NCBI RefSeq assembly: GCF_006345805.1 | Contig: NC_042997.1 | Coordinates: forward strand, 192,262,001-192,326,000 | Direction of reading: 5' to 3' | DNA: 64,000 bases | Origin: Octopus sinensis | Taxonomy: Eukaryota | Shown: one piece after another, positions 1 through 12,249 of the stretch | How positions within the stretch are numbered: position 1 is the stretch's first letter | Layout of the letters: every line of letters starts with the position of its first letter | Made by a program: the position numbers and the translations under genes | Notes under the pieces: generated by a model | The model's input: only the letters and a program-made list of their open reading frames with translations | The model's database searches: none | What the model was told of the DNA's origin: nothing

Positions 1-523
1 TGTCCCCCCACCATCGCTTGACAAATGATGTTGGTGTGTTTACGTTCCCATAACTTAGCGGTTTGGCAAAAGAGATCGATAGGATAAGTACTAGGCTTAC
101 AAACAATAAAACTTGGGTTGATTTGCTCGACTAAAGGCGGTGCTCCAGCATGGCCACAGTCAAATGACTGAAACAAGTAAAGGAATAAAAGAATAAAAGA
201 ATATATATATGTGTGTATGTATGAAATCAAAGCATGAGTATCTTTATTCTTTTTTTCTTTCATTCTTTTACTTGCTTCAGTCATTTTGACTGTGGCCATG
301 CTGGAGCACCGCCTTTAGTTGAACAAATCAACTCAGGTCTTATTGTTTGTAAGCCTAGTACTTATCCTATTGGTCTCTTTTGCTGAACCGCTAAGTTAAG
401 GGAATGTAAACACACCAATATCATTTGTCAAGCGATGGTGTGGGGACAAACACAGACACACAAACATATACACACATGTATGTATGTATATATATATATA
501 TACAATGGGCTTCTTTCAGTTTC
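1..523. mobile_element. Tail-to-tail pair of tRNA-derived SINE family A copies (3' module on + at 1-190, copy on - at ~250-523)
   Basis: Module ...cgactaaaggcggtgctccagcatggccacagtcaaatgactgaaacaag and its reverse complement; same module recurs more than 15 times in the window. Confidence 0.85.
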
Positions 524-900
524 TTGAATACCGAAGGGAGAGATATACTATCACATATGTACAGAAAATCCTGTTCCAAACTTCAGCATTAGAGAGAATT
601 TTAATGCACGAACTGTTAGATATTGTCAGTTTCCAAATATACCGCCTTCAAAATCACAAGCAAAAACACTTTATTGTACCAGTCTGATATTAAGAGGTCC
701 TCAACTGCTCAATTGCTTGCCTAAAGTAATCAGAATATCAAAGGAACCTCTGCTGAAACATTAAAGAAGAAAAAGATTGGATAAACTCCTAACAATAATT
801 CCAGACCAGTCAGCCATTGAAGTATGCACTTAGAAGAGATCTGCTACCAATTCAATCATAGACCAACTTCCAGCCATAAAGTGGGAACAAAGCTGATAGA
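524..900 (+). mobile_element. Decayed CR1-like LINE ORF2 3' end
   Basis: Frameshifted translation EYRRERYTITYVQKIL...LRGPQLLNCLPKVIR...LDKLLTIIPDQ matches the typical CR1-group C-terminus; related copy on - at ~37560-37780. Confidence 0.65.
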
Positions 901-1087
901 AAATAAATGAAAGTGGTGCTCCACCATGGGTGCAGTTCTGTGTTTGAAACTACCCAACTATATGGTTTTGGGTTCAGTTCCACTGTGTGTTGCCTTAGCC
1001 TTGCATCAACCAAAGCCTTCTCAGTGGATTTGGTAGATGGAAATGAAACCCGTCCTACATGTATATGTATAAATCATATATATATAT

Positions 1088-1330
1088 ATATGTGACAATT
1101 ATTCGGTAGCCATGATAAAACTCCGAGTTTAGGATACCGAGGTAGAAATCCATGCCGCCATCTGAAGAGATGGCGGCGTGGATTTCCACCCTGACATCTG
1201 AAACTCGGAGTTTCATCATGGCTACCAAATAATTGTCACATATTACAATATTACATTTACAGATAAATTCCTCTATTTATATAATATCGAAGTCTCTTTC
1301 ATTCTTTTGTTGTCTTACCATTTTTATCAA
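1088..1330 (+). mobile_element. Palindromic PLE-type 3' footprint (arms 1088-1163/1168-1243, loop GAAG) with hammerhead-like core and ~90-nt tail
   Basis: tgtgacaattattcggtagccatg...gccgccatct GAAG agatggcggc...catggctaccaaataattgtcaca; CTGAAGA at 1162-1168, GAAA at 1200-1203; same family non-palindromic at 32474-32640. Confidence 0.7.
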
Positions 1331-1770
1331 TATATATATATATATATATATACAAATTGAGATAGGGGTTGTAAATGCAACCCTCTATGGGATAATGTAT
1401 ATCCAATATACTGCTAGTGAAGTACCCAACAAAGTTAATACATAAATGTTAATGATTGCGATGCAATCAATTCATTTACTGTATTATATGGGCAAAGGTA
1501 AAATGATTTACCACAAATTACTAATACAAGATAAGAAAATGGAGAAATACATCTAAATCAAATATCAATTACCATATAGTACTCAATCACATACTTTATT
1601 AAACCACCACGTAAGAGACTGTAGGGTTAAATATAAAAAGCAGAACAAATCAGTGTACATAAAGGAATGTACATAAAAAAGTGTACATAAAAGAGTAATG
1701 TTGTATAATAAGTAGAATATATATAAAAGAGAATATAAATACAAGTAAATATAAATATAAGTATAAATTA

Positions 1771-1791
1771 GATCTTACAGCTGTTTCGGCC
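1771..1791 (-). ncRNA. 3' half of a minimal hammerhead ribozyme (truncated)
   Basis: Minus strand CGAAA-CAGCTG-TA-AGATC: GAAA core, palindromic stem III, GUA triplet; the CUGANGA half is absent (replaced by (TA)n). Confidence 0.4.
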
Positions 1792-2090
1792 ATATATATA
1801 TATATATGCAAATAATTCACAGAAAAATAATTTGCGAATTTACGATTGACTTTGTCATAATCTAGTGAAACAATTTTTAAAAATTTATAGCAGAATCAAT
1901 AATATAGGTGATTGCAGGCCCCATAAAAGACATTAAATAGCTGAAAGATTAAAATTAATCAAAGGACATACTAAGTATGTCTACCTACTAAGCACGTCTA
2001 CCATACTAAGTATGTCTACCTGTCTTATCCCGTTTGCCTTCAGACAGTTGATTTCTGTAGTTATTATCAGTGTATTTTGGCAATTTGTGA

Positions 2091-2415
2091 TGGTGCATGG
2101 CTCAATGGTTAGAGCGTCGAACTTATGATCGTGAGGTTGTGATCTCAAATCCCGGACTGGGCTGTGTGTTGTGTTCTTGAGCAAGACACTTTATTTCATG
2201 TTGCTCCAGTTCATTCAACTGTAGAAATGAGTTGTGACGTCACAGGTGCCAAGCTATATTGGCAGTTGCCTTTCCCTTAGATAACACTGGTGGCGTGGAG
2301 AGGCTGGTATGCATGGGCGACTGCTGGTCTTCCATAAACCACCTTGCCCAGACTTGTGACTAGGAGGGTAACTTTCTAGGTGCAAGTCCATGGTCAGTGT
2401 CATGACCGAAGGATG
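2091..2415 (+). mobile_element. tRNA-derived SINE family C (CORE-like cttgagcaagacacttt)
   Basis: A-box tggctcaatggttagagc, B-box-like gtgatctcaaatccc; near-full copies at 10618-10957 (-) and 41373-41706 (+). Confidence 0.8.
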
Positions 2416-2532
2416 TCCACCCCCCATCCCATTTTTGCAATTTAAATAAGAGTTTTGACTGTTATTTCCAGCAGGTAGACATACTTAGTATGTGCTTTGA
2501 TTAATTTTCACACACACACACATATAAATATA

Positions 2533-2752
2533 CTCTCTTTTACTCTTTAACTCTTTTAATTGTTTCAGTCATTTGACTGCGGCCATGCTGGAGCACCGCC
2601 TTTAGTCGAACGAATCGACCCCGGGACTTTATTCTTTGTAAGCCCAGTACTTATTCTATCGGTCTCTTTTGCCGAACCGCTAAGTGATGGGGACGTAAAC
2701 ACACCAGCATCGGTTGTCAAGCAATGCTAGGGGGACAAACACAGCCACACAT

Positions 2753-2801
<49 letters not shown>

Positions 2802-2959
2802 TACGACAGGCTTCTTTCAGTTTCCGTCTACCAAATCCACTCACAAGGCATTGGTCAGCCCGGGGCTATAGCAGAAGACACTTGCGCAAGATGCCACACA
2901 GTGGGACTGAACCCGGAACCATGTGGTTAGTTAGTAAGCTACTTACCACACAGCCACTC
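2533..2959 (-). mobile_element. Full SINE family A (tRNA head, central (TA)/(CA) microsatellite, 3' module)
   Basis: Head gagtggctgtgtggtaagtagctt...ggttccgggttcagtccc on -, with Pol III A/B-box-like motifs. Confidence 0.85.
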
Positions 2960-3262
2960 ATCTTTGTCTAATGACATAATGTAATACATATGTACTATAA
3001 GTGCTCAAGTTGGTTTACCATTAAAACTCCGACTTGAACAACTGCTGAAACAATGGTGTTCTTGAAGCTGCCTATCAAAGATGGTGATAAGTGGTTCATC
3101 ATTGAGCTGATAGATATACATTAGAAAGAGAGATGAACAAGTAAAACATGTGGTTTCACTTTAGAGTATGTAACCTGTAATTCAAACATAATTGCAGAGT
3201 AGTTATAGTGAATAAGGGATTAAGAAGTCATATGTAAAGTTTCTTACAGTTGTTCCTAGAAT

Positions 3263-3667
3263 ACTCTTTTACTCTTTTACTTGTTTCAGTTATTTGACCG
3301 CAGCCATGCTGGAGCACCGCCTTTAGTCGAGCAAATCGACCCTGGGACTTATTCTTTGTAAGCCTAGTACTTATTCTATTGTTCTCTTTTGCCAAACCAC
3401 TAAGTGACAGGGACACAAACACACCAGCATCAGCTGTCAAGCAATGCTAGGGGGACAAACACAGATACACAAACATACATACACACGTATATATATATAC
3501 ATACATACGATGGGCTTCTTTCAGTTTCCATCTACCAAATCTACTCACAAGGCTTTGGTGGGCCCGAGTCTATAGTAGAAGACACTTGCCCAAGATGCCA
3601 TGCTGTGGGACTGAACCCAGAACCATGTGGTTGGTAAGCAAATTACTTGCCGCACAGCCACTCCTAC
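3263..3667 (-). mobile_element. Full SINE family A
   Basis: Collinear with 2533-2959. Confidence 0.8.
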
Positions 3668-3735
3668 ACGTAGAAAAGCTGAGCATTGTAGATCATATAT
3701 CATTGAGCAAAGCTTTCCATGTTCTGTCTTTGGAG

Positions 3736-3960
3736 AAAAAGAATTAAGGAATATCTCTAATAAAGGATAATAGTAGTTACCAGTTCATTGAAGAGTTAAA
3801 GAGCAGACTTAGTGAAAGATAATAGTGGTTAGCACTTTCATGATCAGAGAATTAAGGAAATCCTTAGTGAAAGATAATAGCAGTTTGTGTTTCCATTGTT
3901 GAAGGATCAAGGAATATCCTTATTAAAAGATAAAAGAAGTTACTAATTCTGTCTTTGAAG
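3736..3960. repeat. Degenerate ~55-bp minisatellite (4-5 units)
   Basis: Recurrent aaggaa(t)atccttagtgaaagataatagNagtt motif. Confidence 0.55.
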
Positions 3961-4204
3961 AGTAAGTTGACACATGTCACAGGAAACTTAGTGGTTCAGC
4001 AAAAGAGACTGATAGGATAAGTACTAGGCTTACAAACAATAAGACCTGGGCCGATTTGATCGACTAAAGGCGGTGCTCTGGTATGGTTGCAGTCAAATGA
4101 CTGAAACAAGTAAAGGAATAAAAGAATATAAGAATATATATATGTGTGTGTGTGTACATAAATATATATGCGTGTATGTATGAAATCAAAGCACAAGTAT
4201 CTTT

Positions 4205-4431
4205 ATTCTTTTATTCTTTTACTTGCTTCAGTCATTTTGACTGTGGCCATGCTGGAGCACTGCCTCTATTCGAACAAACCGACCCTAGGACTTGTTGTTT
4301 GTAAGTGTAGTACTTATTCTATTGGTCTCTTTTGCTGAACTGACAAGTTACGGGAACATAAACACACCAACATCAGTTGTCAAGTGGGGGTGGGGACAAA
4401 CTCAGACATACAAGCATATACATATATATAA

Positions 4432-4476
<45 letters not shown>

Positions 4477-4576
4477 ATATATATATACATATATACATAT
4501 ATATATATAAATACATACATACATACATATATATACATATACATATATATACACACATATAGATATATATATCATA

Positions 4577-4625
<49 letters not shown>

Positions 4626-4644
4626 CGTATATATATACACACAT

Positions 4645-4704
<60 letters not shown>

Positions 4705-4781
4705 CATATACATATATACGTATATATATAACACACTATATATTATATATATATATATATATACACATATACATATATACG

Positions 4782-4873
<92 letters not shown>

Positions 4874-5015
4874 TATATAGATATACAAAGAGCTTCTTTC
4901 AGTTTCCATCTACCAAATCCACCCATAAGGCTTTGCTTGGCCCGAGGCTACAGTAGAAGACACTTGCCAAAGTTGCCATGCAGTGGAACTGAACTCGGAA
5001 CCATGTGGTTGAGAA
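4205..5015 (-). mobile_element. SINE family A with expanded internal (TA)n/(CA)n/(GATA)n tract
   Basis: 3' module 4205-4410, microsatellite 4410-4885, head 4885-5015. Confidence 0.8.
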
Positions 5016-5648
5016 GCAAGCTTATTTTTTTTTATTGCAAAGAGTTGCAATGTGGTAGACATCTGAGTGATAAACATAAGAAACATTTTAGGGGTTCTGT
5101 CGAAAGCAATGTTAGGGTGTTCTTAGTGTGAATGTTGAAGGCCGGGAGCAGATGATGAGAAGGGGATTAGTTTGGAAAGGAGTGATTTACAATTGTCATA
5201 AGGCATGACGAACAATCCATCTCAAAAAGGAGCACTTTGTAAACAGGGTATAACTCTAATTCCTGTCATTTTTCTGTCTGAACATCTGGAAATGGTTCTA
5301 ATATCTGCACGCACGCACGCCCACACAATCATGTATTGTTTGATAAGTGCAATTGCATGAAGCTCTTGACCCCTGAGTCATTCTGTCGCTTCTGCTAAAT
5401 ATCTGTAAAAACATTATACATATACTCATGCTTTGGTTTCATACATACATATATATTTATGTACACACACACACACACACATGCACACATGCATATATAT
5501 ATAGACAATACACACGCATATGTACATATATATATATATAGACAATATATATGTATACATACATATATATATATATTTATATATATATATATAGAGAGAG
5601 AGAGACAACATATATATATATATATGTGTGTATAGAGAGAGAGAGAGA

Positions 5649-5694
<46 letters not shown>

Positions 5695-5697
<3 letters not shown>

Positions 5698-6313
5698 TAG
5701 TTTTATTTTTATAGCGTGTTTTCACTTCACTACCGAGCGCAGCTCTGTGTGCCTTGTGTATGTGCAGTGATTTGTTGTGATGCTCTGATGGTTATTGTAT
5801 GGAATGTGTCTGCGTAGGATGTGTGCAGTGCCTAGTAGTGCAATTTTCTGTATGTTTATGTGTTTGTAAGTCCTGGTGTTTTTGTTATGTATTTGTCTGA
5901 ATATTTTTTTATCATGCCTAATGCACCTACTATGATAGGAATTGTTTCTGTTTTCAGATTCCACATTCTAGTTACCTCTATTTCCAGGTCTTTGTATTTT
6001 GAGAGTTTCTCCATTTCTTTTAGAGACACGTTGTCATCAGCCGGTATTGATACATCAATTAGAAAGCATTTTTTTCTTCATGATCTCTGACAACTATATC
6101 TGGTCTGTTGGCCTTAATTTCTCTATCTGTGTGTATCGGCATATCCCAGAGTATGGTTGCTTTCTCGTTTTCTGTGACCTTTTCTGGTGTTGCCTATACC
6201 ATCTTTTTTCTGTTGTTGTTATTCCATAATGTTGGCATAGCTTCCAATGTATGTAGGTTCCAACTCTGTCATGTCTGTGAATATATTCCTTCTTAGCCTT
6301 ATTTTTTATTATT

Positions 6314-6315
<2 letters not shown>
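5695..6315 (-). mobile_element. 5'-truncated R4/Dong-type non-LTR retrotransposon (restriction-like endonuclease C-terminus) inserted in (TAA)n
   Basis: Frameshifted HDRVGTYIHWKLC...ILWDMPIHTDREIKANRPDIVV...FLIDVSIPADDNVSLKE.EK..KYKDLEIEVTRMW...QKIALLGTAHILRR (PD..D..K RLE motif); (TTA)n on both flanks (5651-5694, 6316-6356). Confidence 0.8.
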
Positions 6316-6357
<42 letters not shown>

Positions 6358-6573
6358 TGCTTCATCTTTATAATCGAATAACAACATATACATATGTGTA
6401 TATCTATCTATCTGTTTGTCTGTCTGTCTGTCTCATTTGTAAAAGTCATAAATACAAAAGAAGCAAAGGTTTTGGGGATCTGATGATATGCCATAAAGTT
6501 AAACCCTTTATGGATGGGAAACCTAAGGTAATCCCATAAACTGCCCTTCCCTGTTTTTAATATATATATATAT

Positions 6574-6963
6574 AGGTGTAGGAGTGGCTGTGTGGTAAGT
6601 AGCTTGCTTACCAGTCACATGATTCCGGTTTCAGTCCCACTGCATGGCACCTTGGGCAAGTGTCTTCTACTATAGCCTTGGGCCGACCAAAGACTTGTTA
6701 GTGGATTTGGTAGACGGAAACTGAAAGAAGCCCGTCGTATATATATAATATGTGTGTGTGTGTGTGTATGTTTGTGTCTATGTTTGTCCCCCCCAATATC
6801 GCTTGACAACCTATGCTGGTGTGTTTACGCTCCCCCTTAACTTAGCGATAGAATAAGTATTAGGCTTACAAAGAATAAGTCCTGGGGTCGATTTGGTCGA
6901 CTAAAGGCAGTGCTCCAGCATGGCCACAGTCAAATGACTGAAACAAGTAAAAGAGTAAAAGAG
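6574..6963 (+). mobile_element. Full SINE family A
   Basis: Head, microsatellite and 3' module ending agtaaaagag. Confidence 0.85.
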
Positions 6964-7591
6964 TATATATAATTTCTGACAATTTCACTCTTCTATATTG
7001 CACTTGCAAGGCATTGGTCAGCTTTAGTAGAAAAGTATAGCAGATAAACTTTGCACAAAATGGCATGCAATAGGACTGAACCCAAAACACACAGATGGGA
7101 AGTGGACTCCTAAAACGATACTCTTGCAAGGCAAACATATTAACCAGAGAGCTTTTTTACATAAACTAAATATTTTTCTCACAGAATATGAGTGAAAGAG
7201 GCAAGGAAAACCTTAGTAGGTTTAGTAAAGAGTATGTTTCAACAATTAATTATTTGATATGCAGATATCCCGCTATTGCATTGACCAAGATGACAAGCAT
7301 ATTCCAGTATATTTATATTATGAGGCTGAAATATTTTTACTTTTTTATCATTTGCCTATATTAAACATATTATGTTTCCTTAGTTACCATGACGTAGCTA
7401 ATGCAAGTGTGCTTATTTTAAATCTGTTGATTGCACTATTTTCTTTGAGTGATAAAGTTACATTTATGTTTTCATTATTATTATTATTACTACTACTACT
7501 ATTATTATTATCATCATTATTATTATCATTACTATTATTATTATTACTTGCTTCGTCTTTATAATCAGATAACTACATATATGCATGTGTA

Positions 7592-7624
<33 letters not shown>

Positions 7625-7922
7625 GTATATGTCTGTATGTGTGTGTGTGGGTGTGCATGCGCTTTTATTTATTTTTTTAACACACACACACACACACACA
7701 TACACATACACACACACACATGCACACACATATATTTTAAACAATATGCTGCATACGTGTATATGTTTGTCTATATGTAGCTTTTGTGTATGGGTGTGTC
7801 TGTCTACACATATTTATATACATATGAAAATACTTATGCATGAATATTTATATCATTATATACATGCACAACCACACACACACACATATATAAAAACACA
7901 TATACATACATACATACATACA

Positions 7923-7958
<36 letters not shown>

Positions 7959-8223
7959 TATTTATGCACGTGTATGTGTGTGAGTATATATATATATATA
8001 TAAGTAGGTAGATAAATAGATAGATAGACAGATATTCTTTTATTCGTTTCAGTCATTTGACTGTGGCCATGCTGAAGTACCGCCTTTAGTCAAGCAAATC
8101 GATCCCAGGACTTATTCTTTGTAAGCCTAGTACTTATTTTACCAGTCTCTTTGTGCCGAACTGCTAACTTATGGGGACATAAGCACACTAGCATCAGTTG
8201 TCAAGCAATGGTGGGGGGACAAG

Positions 8224-8259
<36 letters not shown>

Positions 8260-8273
8260 TACACACACATAAA

Positions 8274-9900
8274 TATGAAGTTATTACATGGTTCCATCTT
8301 TTAAATACTAAAAACTCGTATTCCTTTTTACAATTTGACATAAATAATTACTACTCTTCTATGTCTCCTAAACTACTTAATAAAGCTCTTCTTCTTGCTA
8401 GGAACTTTACTAACCTAACCCCACTAGAAATTAACATTATACTTAATGCCTGCAAAACCCTTATTTGATTTGAAAGCAAACTATGGTGCTGGGCCAATAA
8501 CCATAGCAACAGCCATAGCAACCTATTCAACATAACCATGGGATCCTCTGATTCAGCTCAGGTCACTGACTTAGTTGGACTTTATATACTACATCAGCTC
8601 CACACACATTTCCCTAATATCAAGGGAGGCCTATACAGGGACAACGCTTTATTAGTTACTAAAAGCATAAATAAATCCTCCTTAGAAAGGATCTACATAA
8701 ATTTTTCTCTAACCTAAAACTATCTATCACATTTGAAAATACCCATAAAACTGCTAACTTTCTTGATGCAACCATAAACTTATCAAAATCCCAATACTCC
8801 TCTTACTACAAACCTAACCAATAACTTAAATATCTTAACATCCATTCCAATCACCACAAATCCACTTTTAATAACATAATCAAGGGCATCTCAACCCGCA
8901 TATCTGACCTCTCTTCCACTTAAGAAATCTTCAATAATCACGCACCATATTATAATCAAGCACTTGCCGCCAGTGGCTTCTCCCAACAAATAGAATACAT
9001 CCATAACACCAGGCTCAAACAATACATATCTCAAATCATATCTCAAACACGTACCAACTATCACAATCACAACCAACTACAAACAGTCAATGAAACCTTT
9101 GGAGGCCTTGCACCCAGGCAACTTAGACCCCACACACATTCATTTAACTAGGTCAAAAATGAAAACAAATAAAACAACTAACAATAACAGGCCTCGCTTC
9201 CCACACACCTTCCCCCAAAATATAGATAGTACTCATTCATCTAACAACTTATATAGCTCTATTCCCAGACCCTCTAAAAAAAGTGGCGGTCGCTCTATTT
9301 TGTGGTATACACCACCATTCTCACTTAACGTTAAGAACTTAGCTGAATCCTTCTTTAGAATACTAGACTCTAACTTCCCTCGACAACATAAATATCATTC
9401 TATCTTTAATTGATCCACCCTGAAACTATCTTATTCTAATTCACCTATCACTCAATATCTCTCCACTATTAGTTTTTCTGCTAATTTCTTTCTTTCTCCT
9501 CCTTCTCTTTCTATAAACTACCTTGATGTTGTATCTACTAACGGTTTTTAAAAAAAACTTGCTAGCGTTCCCTTCATCATATACGCAGTCATTACATTCT
9601 ATTAAAATGTCTTATTGATGTGTTTGGTTTCTTTCTTTCCCTGATGAGAAGATTGCATTGTTTTACACCATTTTATTTGTTCTGGAATAATACCAATGTT
9701 TTCTTTGAAACATATGGCGGAAGTAAAAAGATTTAAATAACACCTGCATTTAACTCCATTTATTTATTTATCTATATTATTCAAAAACGTTTCACTCAAA
9801 CCTGGAGTTTCTACCTTTATAAGTATGCTGTTACATCCTTAGTACTTGTATGAATTTTTTCTGCCCTGGTAACTCTTTATTTATTTTTTTCCATGTTATT
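8274..9900 (+). mobile_element. Decayed Penelope-like element (Neptune/Naiad-like RT and linker) with 3' pLTR region
   Basis: FLQFDINNYYSSMSPKLLNKAL; LFNITMGSSDSAQVTDLVGLYIL; GLYRDNAL (degenerate YRDD); WYTPPFSLNVKNLAESFFRILDSNFPRQHKYHSIFN; multiple stops and frameshifts. Confidence 0.8.
9636..9723 (+). ncRNA. Type I hammerhead ribozyme fold, probably inactivated (U16.1 replaced by G)
   Basis: TTTCC-CTGATGA-GAAGA...TCTTT-GAAA-CATATG-GC-GGAAG; downstream of the PLE ORF on the same strand. Confidence 0.6.
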
Positions 9901-10081
9901 TGTAAACACTGAAAAAACACACATACATTTATATATATGTATGTTTGTATATGAATATGTATGTATATATATATGTGCGTGTGGGTGTGTGTATATATAT
10001 TTTATTTTATTTGTTAGGGAATAAAAATTCCGGCATCACAGGGGTTCAAATTACTCTCAATGAGGAAATATATATTTTTTT

Positions 10082-10226
10082 ATTTAGAGCTAGTAGGCCC
10101 CTTCATCCCACCATATAAAAGCATTTTAATTTAATTTAATACCTACTACTTATAACTTATAAGTAGTAAGTATTAAATTAAATTAAAGTTCTTTTATATG
10201 GTGGGATGAAGGGGTCTACTATCTCT

Positions 10227-10230
<4 letters not shown>
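10082..10230. repeat. Short palindrome (~74-nt arms, 1-nt centre at 10156) with extension on the left
   Basis: atttagagctagtaggccccttcatcccaccatataaaag...tactacttataa C ttataagtagta...cttttatatggtgggatgaaggggtctactatctctaaat. Confidence 0.8.
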
Positions 10231-10263
<33 letters not shown>

Positions 10264-10319
10264 TATACACACACACATATACATACACACACATATATAT
10301 ATACATACATATCTATCTA

Positions 10320-10359
<40 letters not shown>

Positions 10360-10360
10360 C

Positions 10361-10402
<42 letters not shown>

Positions 10403-10406
<4 letters not shown>

Positions 10407-10590
10407 AAAAATCAGATTTAGGATTAAATCCAATTTTATAGTAAAATATATTATATTATATTATATTAAATTAGAGATAAAACCACTATTAGGCAAATCA
10501 AACAATGAAAAACATAAGCCAATACATAAAATTAATTAATTTATATTATTTTAAATATATATCAAAAGTATTAAAAGTTTAATAAAAGAT
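10403..10590 (-). mobile_element. Solo 3' end of the family that forms the 53480-57379 foldback
   Basis: agggaaaaatcagatttaggattaaatccaatt...attagagataaaaccactatt is the reverse complement of ~57280-57352. Confidence 0.65.
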
Positions 10591-10617
10591 AATATATATA
10601 TATATATATATATGCTG

Positions 10618-10957
10618 AAACTCCCTTCGGTCATGACTGACCAGGGATTGCACCTAGCAAATTACCCCCCAGGCACAAGTCCAGGCAAAGTTGTTCATGG
10701 AAGACCTGCAATTGTCCATGCATACCAGCCTCCCCTCTCCATACTACCGATGTTATCCAAGGGAAAGACAAGGGCCGATACAGCTTGGCACCTGTGACTT
10801 CGCAACTCATTTCTACAGCTGAGTGAACTGGAGCAACATGAAATAAAGTGTCTTGCTCAAGGACACAAAAGGACACAACACGTAGCCTGGTTCGGGATAC
10901 GAACTCACAACCTCACAATCGTAAGCTTGACGCTCTAACCACTTAACCATGTGCCTT
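10618..10957 (-). mobile_element. SINE family C
   Basis: Reverse complement of 2091-2415. Confidence 0.8.
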
Positions 10958-10999
<42 letters not shown>

Positions 11000-11489
11000 C
11001 ATACATACACATATGTAAGTATGTGTACATCAGAATTTTTCAGTTTCTGACAAGGGTAATCATAGAAAACACTTCTCCAAGCAGCTGCACAGTGGGACTG
11101 AACCCCAAACTATGTGTTTGGGAAGCAAACTTCTAAGCACGCAGCCATACCTGCACCTTATAGGCAACAACAGGTTTGAAAGACTCTAAAAACTAACAAT
11201 GGAATTTGTACAATACAAATAGAAGAAAATAATGGTGGTTTGTTCAATGGTATGTTTACTTGTGCTCAACTCAATGGCAGGTCATATTAGTGTAACAGTG
11301 ATTGTAATTAAAGTGTATTCAATAAATGTGTTATATGATCCCCATACATGATTCTATCCATTTTGTTCAGCGTTATGCTGTTTGAGAAGAACTTAAATCT
11401 TAATTAATCATATTATATTACATACGCACACACATGTGACTATATGTATACAGTTATACAAACATACATACATACATACATATATATGT

Positions 11490-11552
<63 letters not shown>

Positions 11553-11958
11553 CATACATATATACATACATACATATATATATATATGTATGTATGTATG
11601 TGTGTATGTATATATATATGTATATAAGTATGTATGTATGTATGTATGTATGTATGTATATATATATATATATATGTACACACAAACACTCAAGTAAATA
11701 CATATAATTGCCCATGTATTTGTAAGCCAGAAAAAATATTTACTTGTATATTTGTCAATGGAATGGGTATATTAATCAAACTATAAATCCCTTTCAGTCA
11801 AATCTCCCAATTGATTTTGCACTGGATATTAGATAACCAGATATTGTCAACATGATAGTGAACTAACATCACATACTCCTCAGAGTTGACAGGTATGGGA
11901 AAGAAAAAAAGTCACTTGATCTCTTGCAAAACTGAAATATGGATCCATAATACTTTGC

Positions 11959-12005
<47 letters not shown>

Positions 12006-12126
12006 CCTGGTGGAATGTAAAAGGCACCCATTACACTCTTGGAGCGGTTGGCATTAGGAAGGGCTTCAAGCCATAGAAACTATACCAAACTGTCCAACCC
12101 ATGCCTGTATGGAAAACAGACACTAA

Positions 12127-12158
<32 letters not shown>

Positions 12159-12249
12159 ATGTATATCTATGAAAAGTCATCTAATACAAGCCCAATTAAC
12201 CTTGACAACAACACTGAAGCTGTAAGTAAAAGAATGTGGGTATATGCAT

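Noticed and set aside
2091-2170. tRNA genes at SINE heads
   Set aside because: A/B-box-like motifs run into SINE bodies without a complete cloverleaf or acceptor stem.
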